This document shows, piece by piece, positions 1-12,549 of a stretch of DNA of 64,000 nucleotides. The position numbers and the translations under genes were made by a program. This DNA comes from Felis catus. Its lineage: Eukaryota. The first letter of the stretch is position 1, and every line of letters begins with the position of its first letter. A model generated the notes under the pieces. That model saw only the letters and a list, made by a program, of their open reading frames with translations, was not told the origin of the DNA and did no database searches. The DNA is taken from positions 12,092,001 to 12,156,000 of the forward strand of contig NC_058369.1 of the NCBI RefSeq assembly GCF_018350175.1. Direction: 5' to 3'.

Positions 1-9
1 TTTTTGAAA

Positions 10-149
10 AAAATTTTATTTAGTTTGTGAGAGACAGGGGGGCACAGAGAGGGGGAGAGAATCCCAAACAGGCTGTGCAGTCAGCACGGAGCCCCCGGGG
101 GGGCTCAGTCCCACGAACCGTGAGATCGTGACCTGAGCCAAAACCAAGA
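10..149 (-). mobile_element. Can-SINE (SINEC), partial
   Basis: T-tail, (GA)n and cgtgagatcgtgacctgagcc motif. Confidence 0.85.
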
Positions 150-1073
150 AAATGAAGCCGCTGTGTGACTTTTTCAGAATTGCTTCTTTGCTTTATGACT
201 GTTGTTTAATGTAGTCAGATTTCGCAGTCCTTTCTTTTTATGGTGTCTGGACTGTAAGTCATACTTTGAAAGGCCTCACCTTTCCCAGATATAAAGGAAT
301 TCACCCATATTTGCCTCTAGAATCTGTATAGTGGCATTTTTTTTAACCTTGGCTTTTAGGTCCTTTCAGAGCTAGGTCTGGTAAATGGGATGAGGTACGG
401 GTCCAGTTTTGTCTTTTTCCAAATGGCTATCCAGTTTTCTAACATCATTTACTAAAAAGTCTTACCTGCCCCCAGTGGTTTTGAAATGCCATGTTTATCA
501 AATATCAAATTTTCATATGGACATTCTGAATGTCCTGTTGTCTATCTGTCCATGCAGCGAGGCCACATTTTAACTCAGGGCTTTAGTCTATGTTTTAACA
601 TCTGATGAGGCCAGGCCCACCTCCCCCCCGCAACCCCCCACATCCATCTCTTGTCTGTTTCCTGGTGATTCTTGCTTGTTTAGTTTTCCTTAATGAATTT
701 TGGGATCTGTTTGTACTAAATACCAAAGTCAGTTAGAACACCTCTATGAGGCTTTGTCCTTTATGAGGACTTTGTCCTGTGTCCTTTTATGAGACTGACC
801 TCTGTGTCAGTCTCACCTTTGTGCTTTTGGGGATGTTTGAATGTTTACCTTATGTACTTCACATAGCCTTTCCCTAGGTGTAAAAAAGTGCATTTATTGA
901 AATACAACATGCAGAAAAGTACACAAATGGAATGTGAATGAGTCAATGAACTTCCTCGGGGGGAAACATCCATGTGTCTGGAACTAGATAAGAGCCACAG
1001 AACATCCCCTGCCCTCAGGAGCCTCCAGGGCTCATGACCAGTTGGCACATTTCTCATAAAGATGCTTTAAAAA

Positions 1074-1277
1074 ATTTTTTTGTTATGTTTGTTTATTTTT
1101 AAGAGAGTGCAAGAGGGGGAGGGGCAGAGAGAGAGGGAGACACAGAACCCAAAGCAGGCTCCGGGCTCTGAGCTGTCAGCACAGAGCCCAACGTGGGGCT
1201 TGAACTCACATGAGTTCATGAGATCATGACCTGAGCTAAAGTCAGATGCTTCACCGACTGAGCCACCCAGGCGCCCC
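1074..1277 (-). mobile_element. Can-SINE (SINEC_Fc-like)
   Basis: Ends gactgagccacccaggcgcccc, the reverse complement of the SINE head. Confidence 0.93.
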
Positions 1278-2393
1278 TCTTGTGAGGATGATTTTTAAGT
1301 CAGTGTGTCGGTGAGTGGGGTCTTCTCTCCCATTGTGTCTTCCAGCAGGTGGCTGATGTTTGTATGGTAGTTTTACGCCCTAGTTCCCTCCTGTATTTTT
1401 GGTGTATGGTAGTTTTTCTTTCAATTCCTGTGCATTTTCAGATACTCCTTCGTATCATTTACAACCAGATACGGTTTTCCCTTCTCTGCTGTTGTTGGGC
1501 ATTTGATGGCTCCGGCGTCTCCTTGCTTTGGCTGCTGTCTCCAGGGCCCGTAAGTGGAGGTGGAGAGTGACCTCTGGTCTTGGCCCCAGCTGGAGGCGCT
1601 GGGCGTCCTCCCCCCAAGTCTGACACCACGTGGGGCCGTGGACTCGATCCAGCCCTTACTTTGCTGTGTTTTCGGCACAAATGGGTAACAAATTCATCCA
1701 GGTGCCCCTTTGGTGTCTCAGTTCAGATCTGTTAACGGGTGGATCCCGAAACATGGCTGCCTTCCGGTAAGCTCCACCTGATCGGGCATATTTCCTTTTT
1801 AAAGCACCGTTGAACTGCGTTAACACTGTGCATAACCTTTGCACGCTGATGTTCGTAACCGAGGCTGACTTTTTTGGGGGCGCTCTCTGTTCTGCCTGTT
1901 TCGTAATTACCCCGTGCCCCATTTCCATGCCGCAGGGCAGTTTGAGGAGCCTGGATGTCGTCTGGTCTTGAGGTGGATAGAATTTGGCTGTGTGACCTTC
2001 CAGATCTCGACTACTTTCTCTCTTCTGTGGAAATTGGGCCATTCAGAGTTTCCATTTCTGTTACAGGGTGTTTGGGTAAATTGTTTCCCTTCAAAAAGCC
2101 AGCCAACCTAAGCAGGTTTTTAAGTTGTCTGCCAAGTTGGAGAAAGTGGTCTTTCTTTTTCTTTTTCTTTTTTTTTCCCATTATGATGGTTACTTCTACC
2201 TTGTTATTTTTATTTTGTCTATTTGGGCCTTCTGTCTTCCTTGATAAAGCTGTCTAGTGGCTTCTCTCTCTCTCTTTTTTTTCCCCCAGATTTGCTTTTT
2301 AATTTTGTTGTAATGTTTTCCAGTCTTTTATAAGTCTTCGGTTTAAATTTCTTCATCCTTTCCTTGTTCTAAGTTTTCTTTCTTTTAAAAAAA

Positions 2394-2611
2394 ATTTTTT
2401 TTAATGTTTATTAACTTCGAGAGAGAGAGAGAGAGAGAGACAGAGCATGAGCAGGGAGGGGCAGAGAGAGAGAGGGAGGCACAGAATCTGAAGCAGGCTC
2501 CAGGCTCCGACCTGTCAGCACAGAGCCCGACACGGGGCTCGAACCCACCAACCATGAGATCATGACCTGAGCCGAAGTTGGATGCTTAAGCAACTGAGCC
2601 ACCCAGGCTCC
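2394..2611 (-). mobile_element. Can-SINE (SINEC_Fc-like)
   Basis: T-tail, (GA)n, full body and head. Confidence 0.93.
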
Positions 2612-3733
2612 ATCCTTGTTCTGAGTTTTCAAGTTGGATAGTTTCATTTGATGATTTTGTTTTAAAATTTATATCGCCACAAGTATTTAAGCCATAAATA
2701 TTCCTACGAGCCCTGCCTTAGCTATATAGCGCTTAGATTCTGACATGTCCTATTTGATGTGATCATCTAGAAATTCTGTAACCAAACAGAGTGGGTTGTT
2801 CTTTTTAAATTTCCTCGGGGAAGGGCCTGCTGTTTTCTTTTCTCCTCACTACAGATTTGGAGCACTGAGGCCAGACAGTGTTATTCTTGTTTCCGTTTCT
2901 GGGATTTCTTGAAGTGTTTGTTGTATGCGAATGGAAGGTCAGAGTTTGCAGATCCCCTGCGTGCACTTGGGAGGAAGGCAGGGCTTCTGCTGGCGGGGAG
3001 AGAGCCCACGAGGTCTGCGTGACGCCGAGGTAGCGTCTGCCTGTCAGCTCGGCCTTCCTCCGGCTCCCTCTGCGCCTCGTGTGGCGCCCGCTTCACAAGC
3101 TGCTGCCGCGTGAGTTGGTGCCGTGGATACTCGCAGCTGCGGTGTCTTCCCTGTGGACCTCGGGACCGCGGCCTCCGGGACCATGGCCTGTCCTCCTTGC
3201 ACCTGTGACTGCTGCCCTGCGTTCTCCCCTGCCATTTGTCTGCCTCTGGCTGGTGCGCCTTCGCCGGGTCTTCCGGCGGGTGTGGCCTTTCTCTGCTTTT
3301 GCGGCACAGAGTTGTGTTTTGGCCTGTGAGCCGGCCTGTAGGTCTCTCTCGCTCTCGGGGGACTTGCACCCGCTGACATCGGCGTGACGGACACGGGGCG
3401 GGCGAGCTGACGTGCCGCTGCCCCTCGGCCTGTCCTCGTGCTTTCGTTTCCCCTTTTGTCTTTATAAGGCTCAGATTTGGGGTCCGGTTACTGTTTCATA
3501 CACAGGCTGATGATGAAGCGGCTTTAGTTCCTCAGCTGCCTGCTTTGTCTGCGGCTGGGACCGCATTATTCTCCCCTCATTGTCCCAGAGTCTTAACTCA
3601 GCACATGTCACTGGCTCAGGCAGAGTCCCTGCTGTGGCCCTGGCCCTGGCGGTGGTGAACACACTGGCCGCTGGCTCCGCCCCAAGGAGGGGAGCATGAG
3701 GGGAGCACGAGCGCAGGCCGGGAGCCGGGGCTC

Positions 3734-3760
3734 CGCTCTGCTCTGCTCTGCTCTGCTCTG
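3734..3760. repeat. (GCTCT)n pentanucleotide microsatellite
   Basis: About five tandem gctct units. Confidence 0.85.
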
Positions 3761-4503
3761 CCCGAGAAGCTCCAGGACCGCCCCTGCCTGCTCCGGCCAG
3801 AAGCAGCCCTGCTCAGCAGCCGCTCCTGCCAGAGCCGTGGGGGTCACCTGGTGTCCTGAGCGCGATGAGGGCCGCGCTCTCTTTGCTCCCTACTCCTCTA
3901 GGTGCGACACCCCGGGCGCTTGGATGGCCGGGCTGAGATGCCTCACTCACGTCCGGGCCTGGGCTTCCGGTCATTCGGGGGCCACCTCTGGGAGCAGGAC
4001 CCGAGTCCAACCCATCAGTCAGCCCCCAACCTCCATCTTTCACTTTTGTCATCTCCCTCTATTCACCATGCCTCACCTTGACCTTCCCCCTCTGCTTCCA
4101 TGTGCCTCCCAGACATGGGGCAGGTGGGGCTGTCCTCTCGGGCTCTGGCCTCAGCAGGTGGTCCACACCTCGTGCCTCCTTTCCCTGCCTGAGGCTTGTC
4201 AGTCTAGGCATCCTTGCAGCGACTAGTCTTCATTCCCTGAGAGTCTGTGCCACTCTCTTGATCCTAACAATTCGGCGATTTTCTGCAGCATGCCTGCGAT
4301 CGGGCCGGCTCAGCTGGCAGGGCGGTCCGAGAGGCCTGGGCTAAGTGTAAGTGTGTCTGAGGAGCCGAGACTCTGGGAGACCGGGGCCACGCAGGAAGGG
4401 GCTCCGTGGCCGGGCCAGCAACTTGGTGCCCTGCAGGAGCAGCTGTTGGCTGAGCTGGGCCGGGGCCTTGGCCTGACTGTCTCTCCCTCGTCTGCTCCCC
4501 CAG

Positions 4504-4629
4504 GGTGGCAAGGAGTACCTGATGCGGGCCCACTTTGGCCTTCCGAGCGTGGAGGCGGAGGACAAGGAGGGCAAGCCCCCGATCAGCGTCAAGTTTGAGA
4601 TCCCCTACTTCACTACCTCTGGCATCCAG
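4504..4629 (+). CDS. AP1M1: AP-1 complex subunit mu-1 (mu1A), third-from-last coding exon: GGKEYLMRAHFGLPSVEAEDKEGKPPISVKFEIPYFTTSGIQ
   Basis: Polypyrimidine tract + CAG acceptor (4501-4503); 126 bp, phase 0; GTACAC donor at 4630. Translation matches the mu-homology domain C-terminus. Residues VEAEDKEGKPPISV/FTTSG fit mu1A rather than mu1B. Confidence 0.97.
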
Positions 4630-5213
4630 GTACACGCGGCCAGGGCCGCAGGGCCCCAGAGCGCACGTGGACGCGCCCAGGCCTCCATCCCAGCTCGGGT
4701 TGCTGCAGCCAGCGTGGACAACGGTGCTGGTCTGCCTTCCCAGGGTGCCGACGTGCTGCCCCGGCTCTGCCGCCCTCCTTGGGCAGCCTGGTCCCACCCC
4801 TGTCCACACAGACCTCACCCTGCACTTCAGCCCTGAGATTAGAGAGTCGTTCCGCCCCCAGAACTAGATAGAGTTTGAGCCTCCGGTGTTCGCGCACCTG
4901 CCACCACAGGGCCTGTTTTCCAAATCCGCGAGGGGAGGTGAACTCTGGGCCTCCTCTCCAGGAGTCTGCTGGAGGGCCGTGTCTGAGAGGGCACAGCCTG
5001 GCTCTTTCCCGCACCTTCTGGCAGTGACCGCTCCCTCCCGCGGTGTCCACACGCTCCAGACAGATGCCCCTTCCTCCTCCCCCCACCACACCTCTGCCTG
5101 TGCTTGCCTGCTCCTCCTCACAGCCTCCCCTCCCCTCCCTGGCCCCGAGGGAGTGACGGGGTGGGGGCGAGGGGCAGCACGCACGTACTCAGGCCCTGCT
5201 GCCCGTGCCCTAG

Positions 5214-5289
5214 GTGCGCTACCTGAAGATCATTGAGAAGAGCGGCTACCAGGCTCTGCCGTGGGTCCGGTACATCACTCAGAACGGAG
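5214..5289 (+). CDS. AP1M1: AP1M1 penultimate coding exon: VRYLKIIEKSGYQALPWVRYITQNG(D)
   Basis: TAG acceptor 5211-5213; 76 bp; GTGCGT donor at 5290; in frame with the previous exon; contains the conserved LPWVRY motif of mu adaptins. Confidence 0.97.
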
Positions 5290-5453
5290 GTGCGTGCAGC
5301 CCGCCACGGGCGGTGCAGACAGGCTTCCTGGTGGCCGCCCCCCTGTGCCCCAGGTGGTGCACACAGAGCAGCCCCAGGGTTGTGGTGGGGGAGGGGGGCG
5401 GCCCCACCCCCAGGTGCGGAGCAGAAAACCAACACCTCCTTCCCTGCTTCTAG

Positions 5454-5476
5454 ATTACCAGCTCCGGACCCAGTGA
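5454..5476 (+). CDS. AP1M1: AP1M1 final coding exon portion: (D)YQLRTQ-stop
   Basis: Acceptor cctccttccctgcttctag ends at 5453; G|AT completes the Asp codon; TGA at 5474-5476; matches the known mu1A C-terminus DYQLRTQ. Confidence 0.96.
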
Positions 5477-6340
5477 CGGGCCCCACGGCCAGCGCTGGCG
5501 CTCCAGGTGGAAGCACCCGGAGGAAGCACCTGCCGAGCCTGCGGGATGGAGGAGGGGCGCCCCCCTGGCTGCCGACCACCCTCCCGGCTCCTCCCGGCTC
5601 CTCCCCGGCCCCACCTCCTCCAGGCACACCTGCTCTGCCGTTGCCACTCTCGTCCCTGAGGTCCCTTCTCCCAGAAGAGGCTCATCTTCGAGAAGTCTTG
5701 TCTCTCTGCCCCCTGAGTCAGTTTGAGGGGAAGGAAATGAAATCTTTCCCTCCAGAGATCAAATGCAGCCTTCTGTGCTGTTTAGCTCCCAGGCGCCAGA
5801 AAGATTGGGAAATGCCCGCCGGACTGCTGGCCGCACGCGGCATGTGGCCGGGCCGGCAGGGCCGCTCTTTTATTGCCGTTCTGCTGAACGTCGTAGGTTT
5901 ATAAGTGTCCCCAGAGTTTGTCTTGTTCGTCCATCGTTGTTTACGTGAACCTCACTGTGTGCACCCCCCGCCCCTTGTCCTGAAGCGCTCTTGGGCAGCA
6001 CTTAGCGCGGGCGGGCTTGCCCCCCCTCCTCAGCAGCGCCAGCACCGGGTGGCCCTCCCACGTCCGGCCGGAACCTGGCACTCGGGTCTGTGGCTGCAGC
6101 TTCTGACTGCTCCTCGGGGCTCCCGGCCTAGACCCCCGGCTTCAGCGGAGGTGCCTTCCCAGGGTGAGCCGTGCCATGCAAGGCCATCACCCAGCCACAT
6201 CAGTGTTTGTCCCCGGGGGACCGCCGGCCCCATAGGGCGGGGGGAACGGGCCATCCCCGTCTGTGCTGGGTCACCCACTGCACCACCACCCTGTCTGTGT
6301 CCGTGTCACGATTACATTAAATTCCATTACTTAAACACAC
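5477..6340 (+). other. AP1M1: AP1M1 3' UTR (end approximate)
   Basis: Repeat-free stretch from the stop codon to the first poly(A) hexamer I found. Confidence 0.7.
6316..6321 (+). terminator. Candidate polyadenylation signal ATTAAA for AP1M1
   Basis: ATTAAA ~840 nt after the stop, in a local AT-rich patch, with CA dinucleotides ~15-20 nt downstream. Confidence 0.65.
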
Positions 6341-7818
6341 TGCCTGCCTTCCCTCAGGTGCAGCGTGCTGTGGACTCCTGGGTGGCCAGGGGCAGGTGCT
6401 GGACTCACATCAAGGTCCTCTCTGAGCTCACTAGAAATGCACGTTCACAGACCACCCCCCCCCCCCCCCCCCCACCAACCTGCTGAGGCAGAGTCTCTGG
6501 GATCGAGGCCCAGGAGACCTCTCAACAGTTTCCACCTGTGGTTCATATGTGCACTGGAGTTTGAAAACCGATGCCTGGTCCTCAGAGGGGATTGTGGTGG
6601 GCGCATGGGCAGGAAGTGCCCTGTCTTCCCACAGCAGGCACCTGCATCTCCCCCTGCTGCCCCGCTGGGCCTTGCCCGGCTTCCCCCCTGTTGCCTGCAA
6701 GGGCTGTGCACCCCTATCCCTCCCCCAGATCGCCCAGCTCCCCCTTTGAGGGCTGGTGGGGCTCAGACCAGAGCCCTTAGAAGCGCCCTTGATGCCTTCC
6801 TTGCCCCTCACTGCCCACACCCACATCCGCAGCAAGCCCTGATGGCCTCCTTCCAGAAGACCCTGGGTCCAGAGCATTTTCCATCACTGCCCTTGCTGGA
6901 GGCCAAGCCGCAGCCTCTCGAGCCCCTGGGGGTCACAGGTCATCTGCAGGGTAGAGTGGGGCCTCTGTTCCCAGCAATGCTTGGGACAAGGTTATGTGCA
7001 AGCCCTCCCACTGTGAGCGTGTGCCTGTGTAATACTAGGTATAGTATATGTAGAAGAAAGATGGAAAGTGCTGGGCTAAGCATGCATCTTGAGTCAGGAA
7101 AGGAACAAGAAAATAAGCCTAAGAACACAGGAAGAAGGAAATAATAGGAGGGGAATAGAAAGCAAACATTCGATAAAAAGCAGAACCACAAGTTGCTTAT
7201 TTTAATAGATGAATGGAATTCAGAAGCTGCTGGGAAGTTTGATCAAGATGAAAAGAAGGCCCAAATCGCTATCCCTCGAAAGACATCAAACGTGGAGAGA
7301 GAGCTTTTCAAACATGGAGAGATCAGAGCAGGAGAGGTGCCTCCTGAGGCAGGCAGGCCGCCTTCTGCTGCCCAGGCCATGCGCCTGCAGGGGCTTCAGC
7401 CTCCTGGAGGGGGGGCTCTCCTGTCTAAGCCACGCGAAAACCCCACGGGGTGGGGGGGGGGGGGAGGATGCTGTGAGCAGCTTGGTGCCAGCACACTTGA
7501 AAATGTCAACTAACTTGGATAAGTTCCTAGAGGGTAAAAAACTGACCCCAAAAGAGGGGGAAAGTCTGAATAGTCCTATAAGCTAGCAAGGAAACAGAAC
7601 TAGTCAGAACTCTGGACCCAGATGGCGTTCTTGGAAAAGTCCTACCAAACACTCAAGGGGAGAGAAAAGGGAATTTAACAAGCTCAGAAGAAAAATAAAC
7701 ATTTCTTGACTCGTTTTATGAGACCAGCATTTCCTCAAAACAATATGAAACAGGAAAATTCTAGACTAGCCTCACTGGTGACCATAGATGTGAAAATCCT
7801 AAATAAAATTGAGGGAGG

Positions 7819-8028
7819 GGGGCGTCTGGGTGGCTCAGTCAGTTAACATCCAACTTCTCATACCAGCTCCGGTCATGATCCCAGGGTTGCGGATCAAGCC
7901 CTATAACCCATGCTGAGCACAGAGCCTGCTAGAGATTCTCCCTCTCCTTTTGCCGCCCCCCCCCCCCCCCCCGCCTGCCCATGCACACACGCACACCCAC
8001 ATGCAAGCACGCACGTTCTCTTGAAAAA
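7819..8028 (+). mobile_element. Can-SINE (older subfamily)
   Basis: ggggcgtctgggtggctcagtcagtt head; degraded CT/C-rich tail. Confidence 0.85.
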
Positions 8029-8155
8029 TCAGAGGGGAAGTGGTGGCGCATAAAAAGGATGTAACCTTGTGTCTAAGGTTGAATCTCAGGTATGCAGAAT
8101 TTAATGCTGGAAAACACATTGCTCCGATCCACTGCCTTAAAAAGATAAGGGAGTT

Positions 8156-8263
8156 GGGGCGCCTGGGTGGCACATCTTTTGATGTCAGCTCAGGTCTTGA
8201 TCCCAGAGTTGAGTTCGAGCCCTGCATTGGAGCACCCAGCGTGGAGCCTAGTTAAAAAAAAAA
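8156..8263 (+). mobile_element. Short Can-SINE variant lacking the (CT)n region
   Basis: SINE head + gagttcgagccc B-box + gtggagcctagttaaaaa tail. Confidence 0.8.
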
Positions 8264-8549
8264 TTTTTTTTAAGTCAGGGAGGAAAACCTATGATCACTT
8301 CAACAGGTATGGGCAAAGGGTTTAATAAAATTAAGCATTCATTCATGATCAGAAAGAATAACCCTTAAGCCAACTACAAACTATTGACAATAGTACCCAA
8401 AATGAAGTGCCTGGGATTAAATCAAACAAAAAACACACAAGGCCCCTAGGGGAACCTTATGGAGGTGTTTAGGGAAAGCCTAATGGAAAGAGAGGTGCTC
8501 CACGGGCTTTGAATGGACGTCTCAGTACCAAGGATGCCAATATTCCTTC

Positions 8550-9040
8550 TGGTAGGCAGAAAATGCCCTCCCCCCCCCCCCCGCAAGATGTGCACAATCC
8601 AACCCCCAGAACTTCTGAATCTGTTAAACTGCATGACAAGGGGGATTCAGATTGCAGATGGGATTAAGGTTGCTGATCAGCTGACCATAATGGGGAGGTT
8701 ACCCTGAACGACCTGGTGGGTCCAATGTAATCACAACGGTCCTTAACAGTGGAAGAAGGGGATAGAAAAGGCAGAAGCAGAAAGTGGTGGTGTGTGAGGG
8801 ACCCGGTGTGTAGACGAAGGGTCATCAGCCAGGGATGCGGGCTGGATGCAGACTCCAGAAGCTGGGAGAGGGTGAGACGAATTCTCGCCGGAGTCCCCAG
8901 CAGGAGCACAGCCCTGCCGACACCTTGGCTTTATTTAGCCCGGTGAGACCGTCTCAGGCTCTGGACCCTAGGACTTGTTCATAAACCTGTGTTGTTTTAT
9001 GTTTGTGATCATTTGTTACAGCAGCACTAGGAAACCAATA
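8550..9040 (+). mobile_element. MaLR solo LTR (MLT1D-like)
   Basis: ggcagaaaatgccc...caagatgtgcac...gcagatgggattaagg...agccctgccgacaccttg...atttgttacagcagcactaggaaaccaata. Confidence 0.8.
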
Positions 9041-9244
9041 GACTCTTGAAAACTATTTATAGGTTAAATGCATTCACAATCAAAATCCCAGTCAGGTGCG
9101 TGTGGAACTTGACAAGCGGGCTGTAAAATTTCCATGGAAGGTCAAAGAGCCAAGAATAATAAGGAATCTTGAAGGAGAATAAAATAGGATGGCCTGTTTG
9201 GGCATCAAGACCTACTGCATTAAGAGTAATTAAGACGCAAAATA

Positions 9245-9381
9245 GGGTCGGTTAAGGTCATGATCATGGGATCGAGCCTCTCGTTGGGCTCTGAGCTGAT
9301 AGTGTGGGGCCTCTCCATCCCTCCCCCCCCCCCCCCCCGCTCATGCTCTCTCTTTCTCAAAATAAACCTTAAAAAAAAAAA
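9245..9381 (+). mobile_element. Can-SINE fragment
   Basis: ggtcatgatc...ctcaaaataaaccttaaaaa tail. Confidence 0.75.
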
Positions 9382-10379
9382 GACACAACACCTACAGAGT
9401 AAGTGCTTTAGGATGAAGTTCAAAAACAAGCTCAGCTGAACTATATTCTTCAGGGATCCTTCCACCGCAAGGGGCAAATCCAGAGAAGGAGAAGAGGAAG
9501 TCAAAGTGGGTCTACCTCGGGGGACAGAGAGGCAATCACAGTGGCTCTGGGACGCTGGCCACACTCCATTTCTTGAGCGGGCGGTGGTGACGTGGGTGTT
9601 TGCTCCGTAATTTTGTTGAACTGTATGTTTGTGTTTTATGTGCTTTACAGTATGATGTTATAAGCCCCCCAAATTTAACGCATGAAACATCAGATGACTT
9701 CAATGTCAGTTGACAATTCCAGACAATCAAAAAAAAGATGGAAAGCCCCCACGTCATTCTTTCAGGCAGCCAGCACTTGAATGCCAAAACCAAGTTCAGG
9801 ATGGGAGAAAAGAAACCGGGGCCGAAACAACGCACAACAAAGCAAAAGCGCTCGACAAAATGTCAGCAACCAGGATAGAGCAGCGGGCGATAGTATCATA
9901 TGCGGTGACTAGGCAGGGTCTACTCCAGGGACAAGGATGGCTTCCACAGAGGGCCGCCCAACCCGTGTAACTTGTCCCATCACCAAACCATATCCGTTTG
10001 TTCCAGAAAGAAATGTTAAGACACGGCCGACATCCCTAACGGAAAGGGAGAAGCTTCCCCACTCCAAATGATCCCATTTCCCGCCAAGCATCAGAAAGGA
10101 GGCTTTTGCAGACAAGCAGGAAGGGCCAGGAACGGGGACCCCAAAGTCCCCCGGATTTCACAGGTGCGACTGGGAGATGCTGAAACTCACTTAGGGACTC
10201 GTGAAAGTCATAATGTCCTTGCTGTCCTGCCACGCTGGCCCGAGTTCCATCACAGCCCCCTGGACAAACAGAGACGTGTTTGAGAAGGCGCCCACTCATG
10301 ACCAGCTGCCCTGTTAGAGCGAACAGAAGGAGGGCCAAGCAACTGTGTCCATCCAGGCGGATATTCTGCTCACTCAGTG

Positions 10380-10900
10380 AACGGCCAGGGCTGGGTGTGC
10401 TGACCGGCCACATCCCACAGCTGGGCTCAGTGGCTTCCCCGCCCCCCTCCCAGAGCTGAACATTCGCCCAGCCTGCGACCCCATGGTTCCATGCCTGGGC
10501 AAGTGACCTAAGACAAGTGAGCCCGTGAGTCCACAAAAGTTCACCAATGGAGTGTTCACAGCGGCCTGACTCACGATAGCCCCAAACTGGAAACTCAAAC
10601 GGTGGCTGCCCCACTCAACAGGATGGGACACAGCGATGAAGAGGCACAAGAGCCAGCTCCACGCCACCACGGAAGGGAGCACGGGCATGAGCGACGCCTA
10701 CGGCCGGGGGCAGGAGGCTGTGGACTGGAGGGAACCTTCTGGAATGATGGGAAGGTCCTACATTTTGATCTGGGTGCTGCACACACTCGTGTGCGTGTAG
10801 GTAACATGCACCGAGCCATACATTTAACACGTGTGCACTTTACACACTTCATGTGGGCATGTTACACCTCAGTTCTTCAGAGCTTAAAAAAGAAAACCAT
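10380..10900 (+). mobile_element. L1M 3' end relic
   Basis: gtgttcacagcggcc...agccccaaactggaaac...ggaatgatgggaaggtcctacattttgatctgg. Confidence 0.7.
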
Positions 10901-11219
10901 TAATAGTTTACAAACGCAAACAATATTCATGAAATAGCAGATCGCAGGAGGATGTGGTCCCACTAATACAGAGTTTATAGTCACACAAATCATATTGTTT
11001 ATGGCCAACATCGTACGTAATAAAGTATAAACCATATGAAGGAAGGACTAACTCCAAATTCTTGACCGCGGTACACTGCGGGGTGGAGAGGGACAGCCAG
11101 AGACCACGGGTTCAACTGCATCTGTCAGGTTCATTTCTTCCGGTCAGTGGTACATGCATGGAGACTTGTTCAATACATGGGTATCATCGGTGTTTTTGTG
11201 GTGGCCTAAGATGGCTCTT

Positions 11220-11600
11220 AATAAAGGTTGCAGTTCAGATCCTGTTTCTCCCCTGCTCAAAATCCCACCATGGCTCCCCAGTGCCCTCAAGAGTAAAACT
11301 CCACGGCTTCCACTCACACCCTCCTTCCCTCCGCTCCTGCCACCCCCGCCTCTTTGCCCCAAGCTTGTCTCCCCTCGGAGCCTTTGTACCTTCAGTCTCT
11401 CTCTCCTGGGGCACCCTTCTCTTGGCCACAGCTCAACTCGAATGTCACCTTCCCACTGCCACTCCAGCTTGTCCCTATGTGCAACTGTCCCTTGTTCCAC
11501 ATTTTCCTGTGTCCCCCATCTGCCTTACAAGGCCCTCAAGGGCAGGGTTCCCTGTCTGGTTAGTCACTGCTGCGTCCCCAGGCTGTGGGACTGGCACGGG
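11220..11600 (+). mobile_element. LINE-2 relic
   Basis: ctgctcaaaatcccaccatggctccccagtgccctc...agggcagggttccctgtctggttagtcactgctgcgtcccca. Confidence 0.65.
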
Positions 11601-12549
11601 GACCTGTGGATGCACCCCAGGTTCTGCCAGCCATCGCCACAAGGGGGCACCTACAGGTCAGAAATCAACCCAGGACTTGGGCCACCTGGAAAGGTGGGTA
11701 GGACAGGCCCTCTCTGAACACAGGGGTGCCCTGGAGCCCTGCTGTTCCTCCTGGGGGTCCTCACTGCAGCCTGACTGTGACAGATGTGGACACTGAGGCT
11801 TGGAAAGGTCCCAAAGGTGACAGGTCCTGAATGCCCCCTGATGGCCCCGTGGTGCCTTCTCAGACACGGTGGAAGAAGCTAGGGAAGCAGCAGATGGGGG
11901 TGGAGGTGACTGGGGGCCCTGATCTCAGGGTGGTGCCTGTGATCCTCAGTGGCCGTTCTGTCCTGGCCAGAAGAATCAACTCAGGGCCAGCCAGGGGTCA
12001 AGCTGACCCTCTCCACCTCAGGGAACCCGAGGTGCAGGTGGCCCAAGTGCCTGCCCGAGCCCTGCAGCCCCCACTGTACACAGGGGAAACTGAGGCCTAA
12101 AGACAGGCCAGGACTAGGTAGGTGCCCTATGCCCAGTGCTGCCCACCCAGCCTGTGCTGGCTGTCCTCTGGGGGGTGGGGGACAGGGGCCTTGGAGGAGG
12201 GCAGACCGGGTGCCCCTCACCCACCCCTTCCAGCTCCTTATTCAACAAACAGGGAACTGGGTCTGTGTCTCACGCAGGCTTTCCCAGGGTCCCCAGGCTA
12301 AAACTGAGCCCCACAGACCAGCTTCCCTTGCTGTGTGACCTTGACCAGGCCCCTTACCCTCTCTCTGCCTGGTTCCACATCTGTGTTGGGGCTGCTGCAG
12401 GCCATTTCATTAGCAGAAAAAGTCTCGTGAAGAAGGAAGTTTTAGGTTGTTGTCAACCAAGCAGGAACTATTCAGTTGCCCTCTCTAGGGGCCACAATCC
12501 TTCCAGAAGGCGCAAAGACCACGGGGCCACTAAATCGTCATCACTTTTC

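Larger units (their letters stand above)
150..3470 (-). mobile_element. Old degenerate LINE-1 (L1M) fragments in AP1M1 intron, interrupted by SINEs
   Basis: T-rich antisense L1 ORF2-like phrases (e.g. ttttccaaatggctatccagtttt, gaatttggctgtgtgaccttc, gtgcacttgggaggaagg); no intact ORF. Confidence 0.65.
7100..9230 (+). mobile_element. Degenerate L1 ORF2 relic, interrupted by two SINEs and an MLT1 LTR
   Basis: L1 ORF2-like phrases: ggataagttcctaga, ctgaatagtcctata, ggacccagatggc, tttatgagaccagcatt, catagatgtgaaaatcctaaataaaat, caatcaaaatcccag. Confidence 0.75.

Noticed and set aside
2880..3460. CpG-rich intronic stretch as an extra exon or CpG-island promoter
   Set aside because: No AP1M1-like translation in the ORF track; it appears to continue the antisense L1 relic.
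4504..5476. Paralogue AP1M2 (mu1B) or a processed pseudogene
   Set aside because: Diagnostic residues (EAEDKEGK, FTTSG, RYLK, QNGDYQLRTQ) are mu1A, and canonical introns are present.
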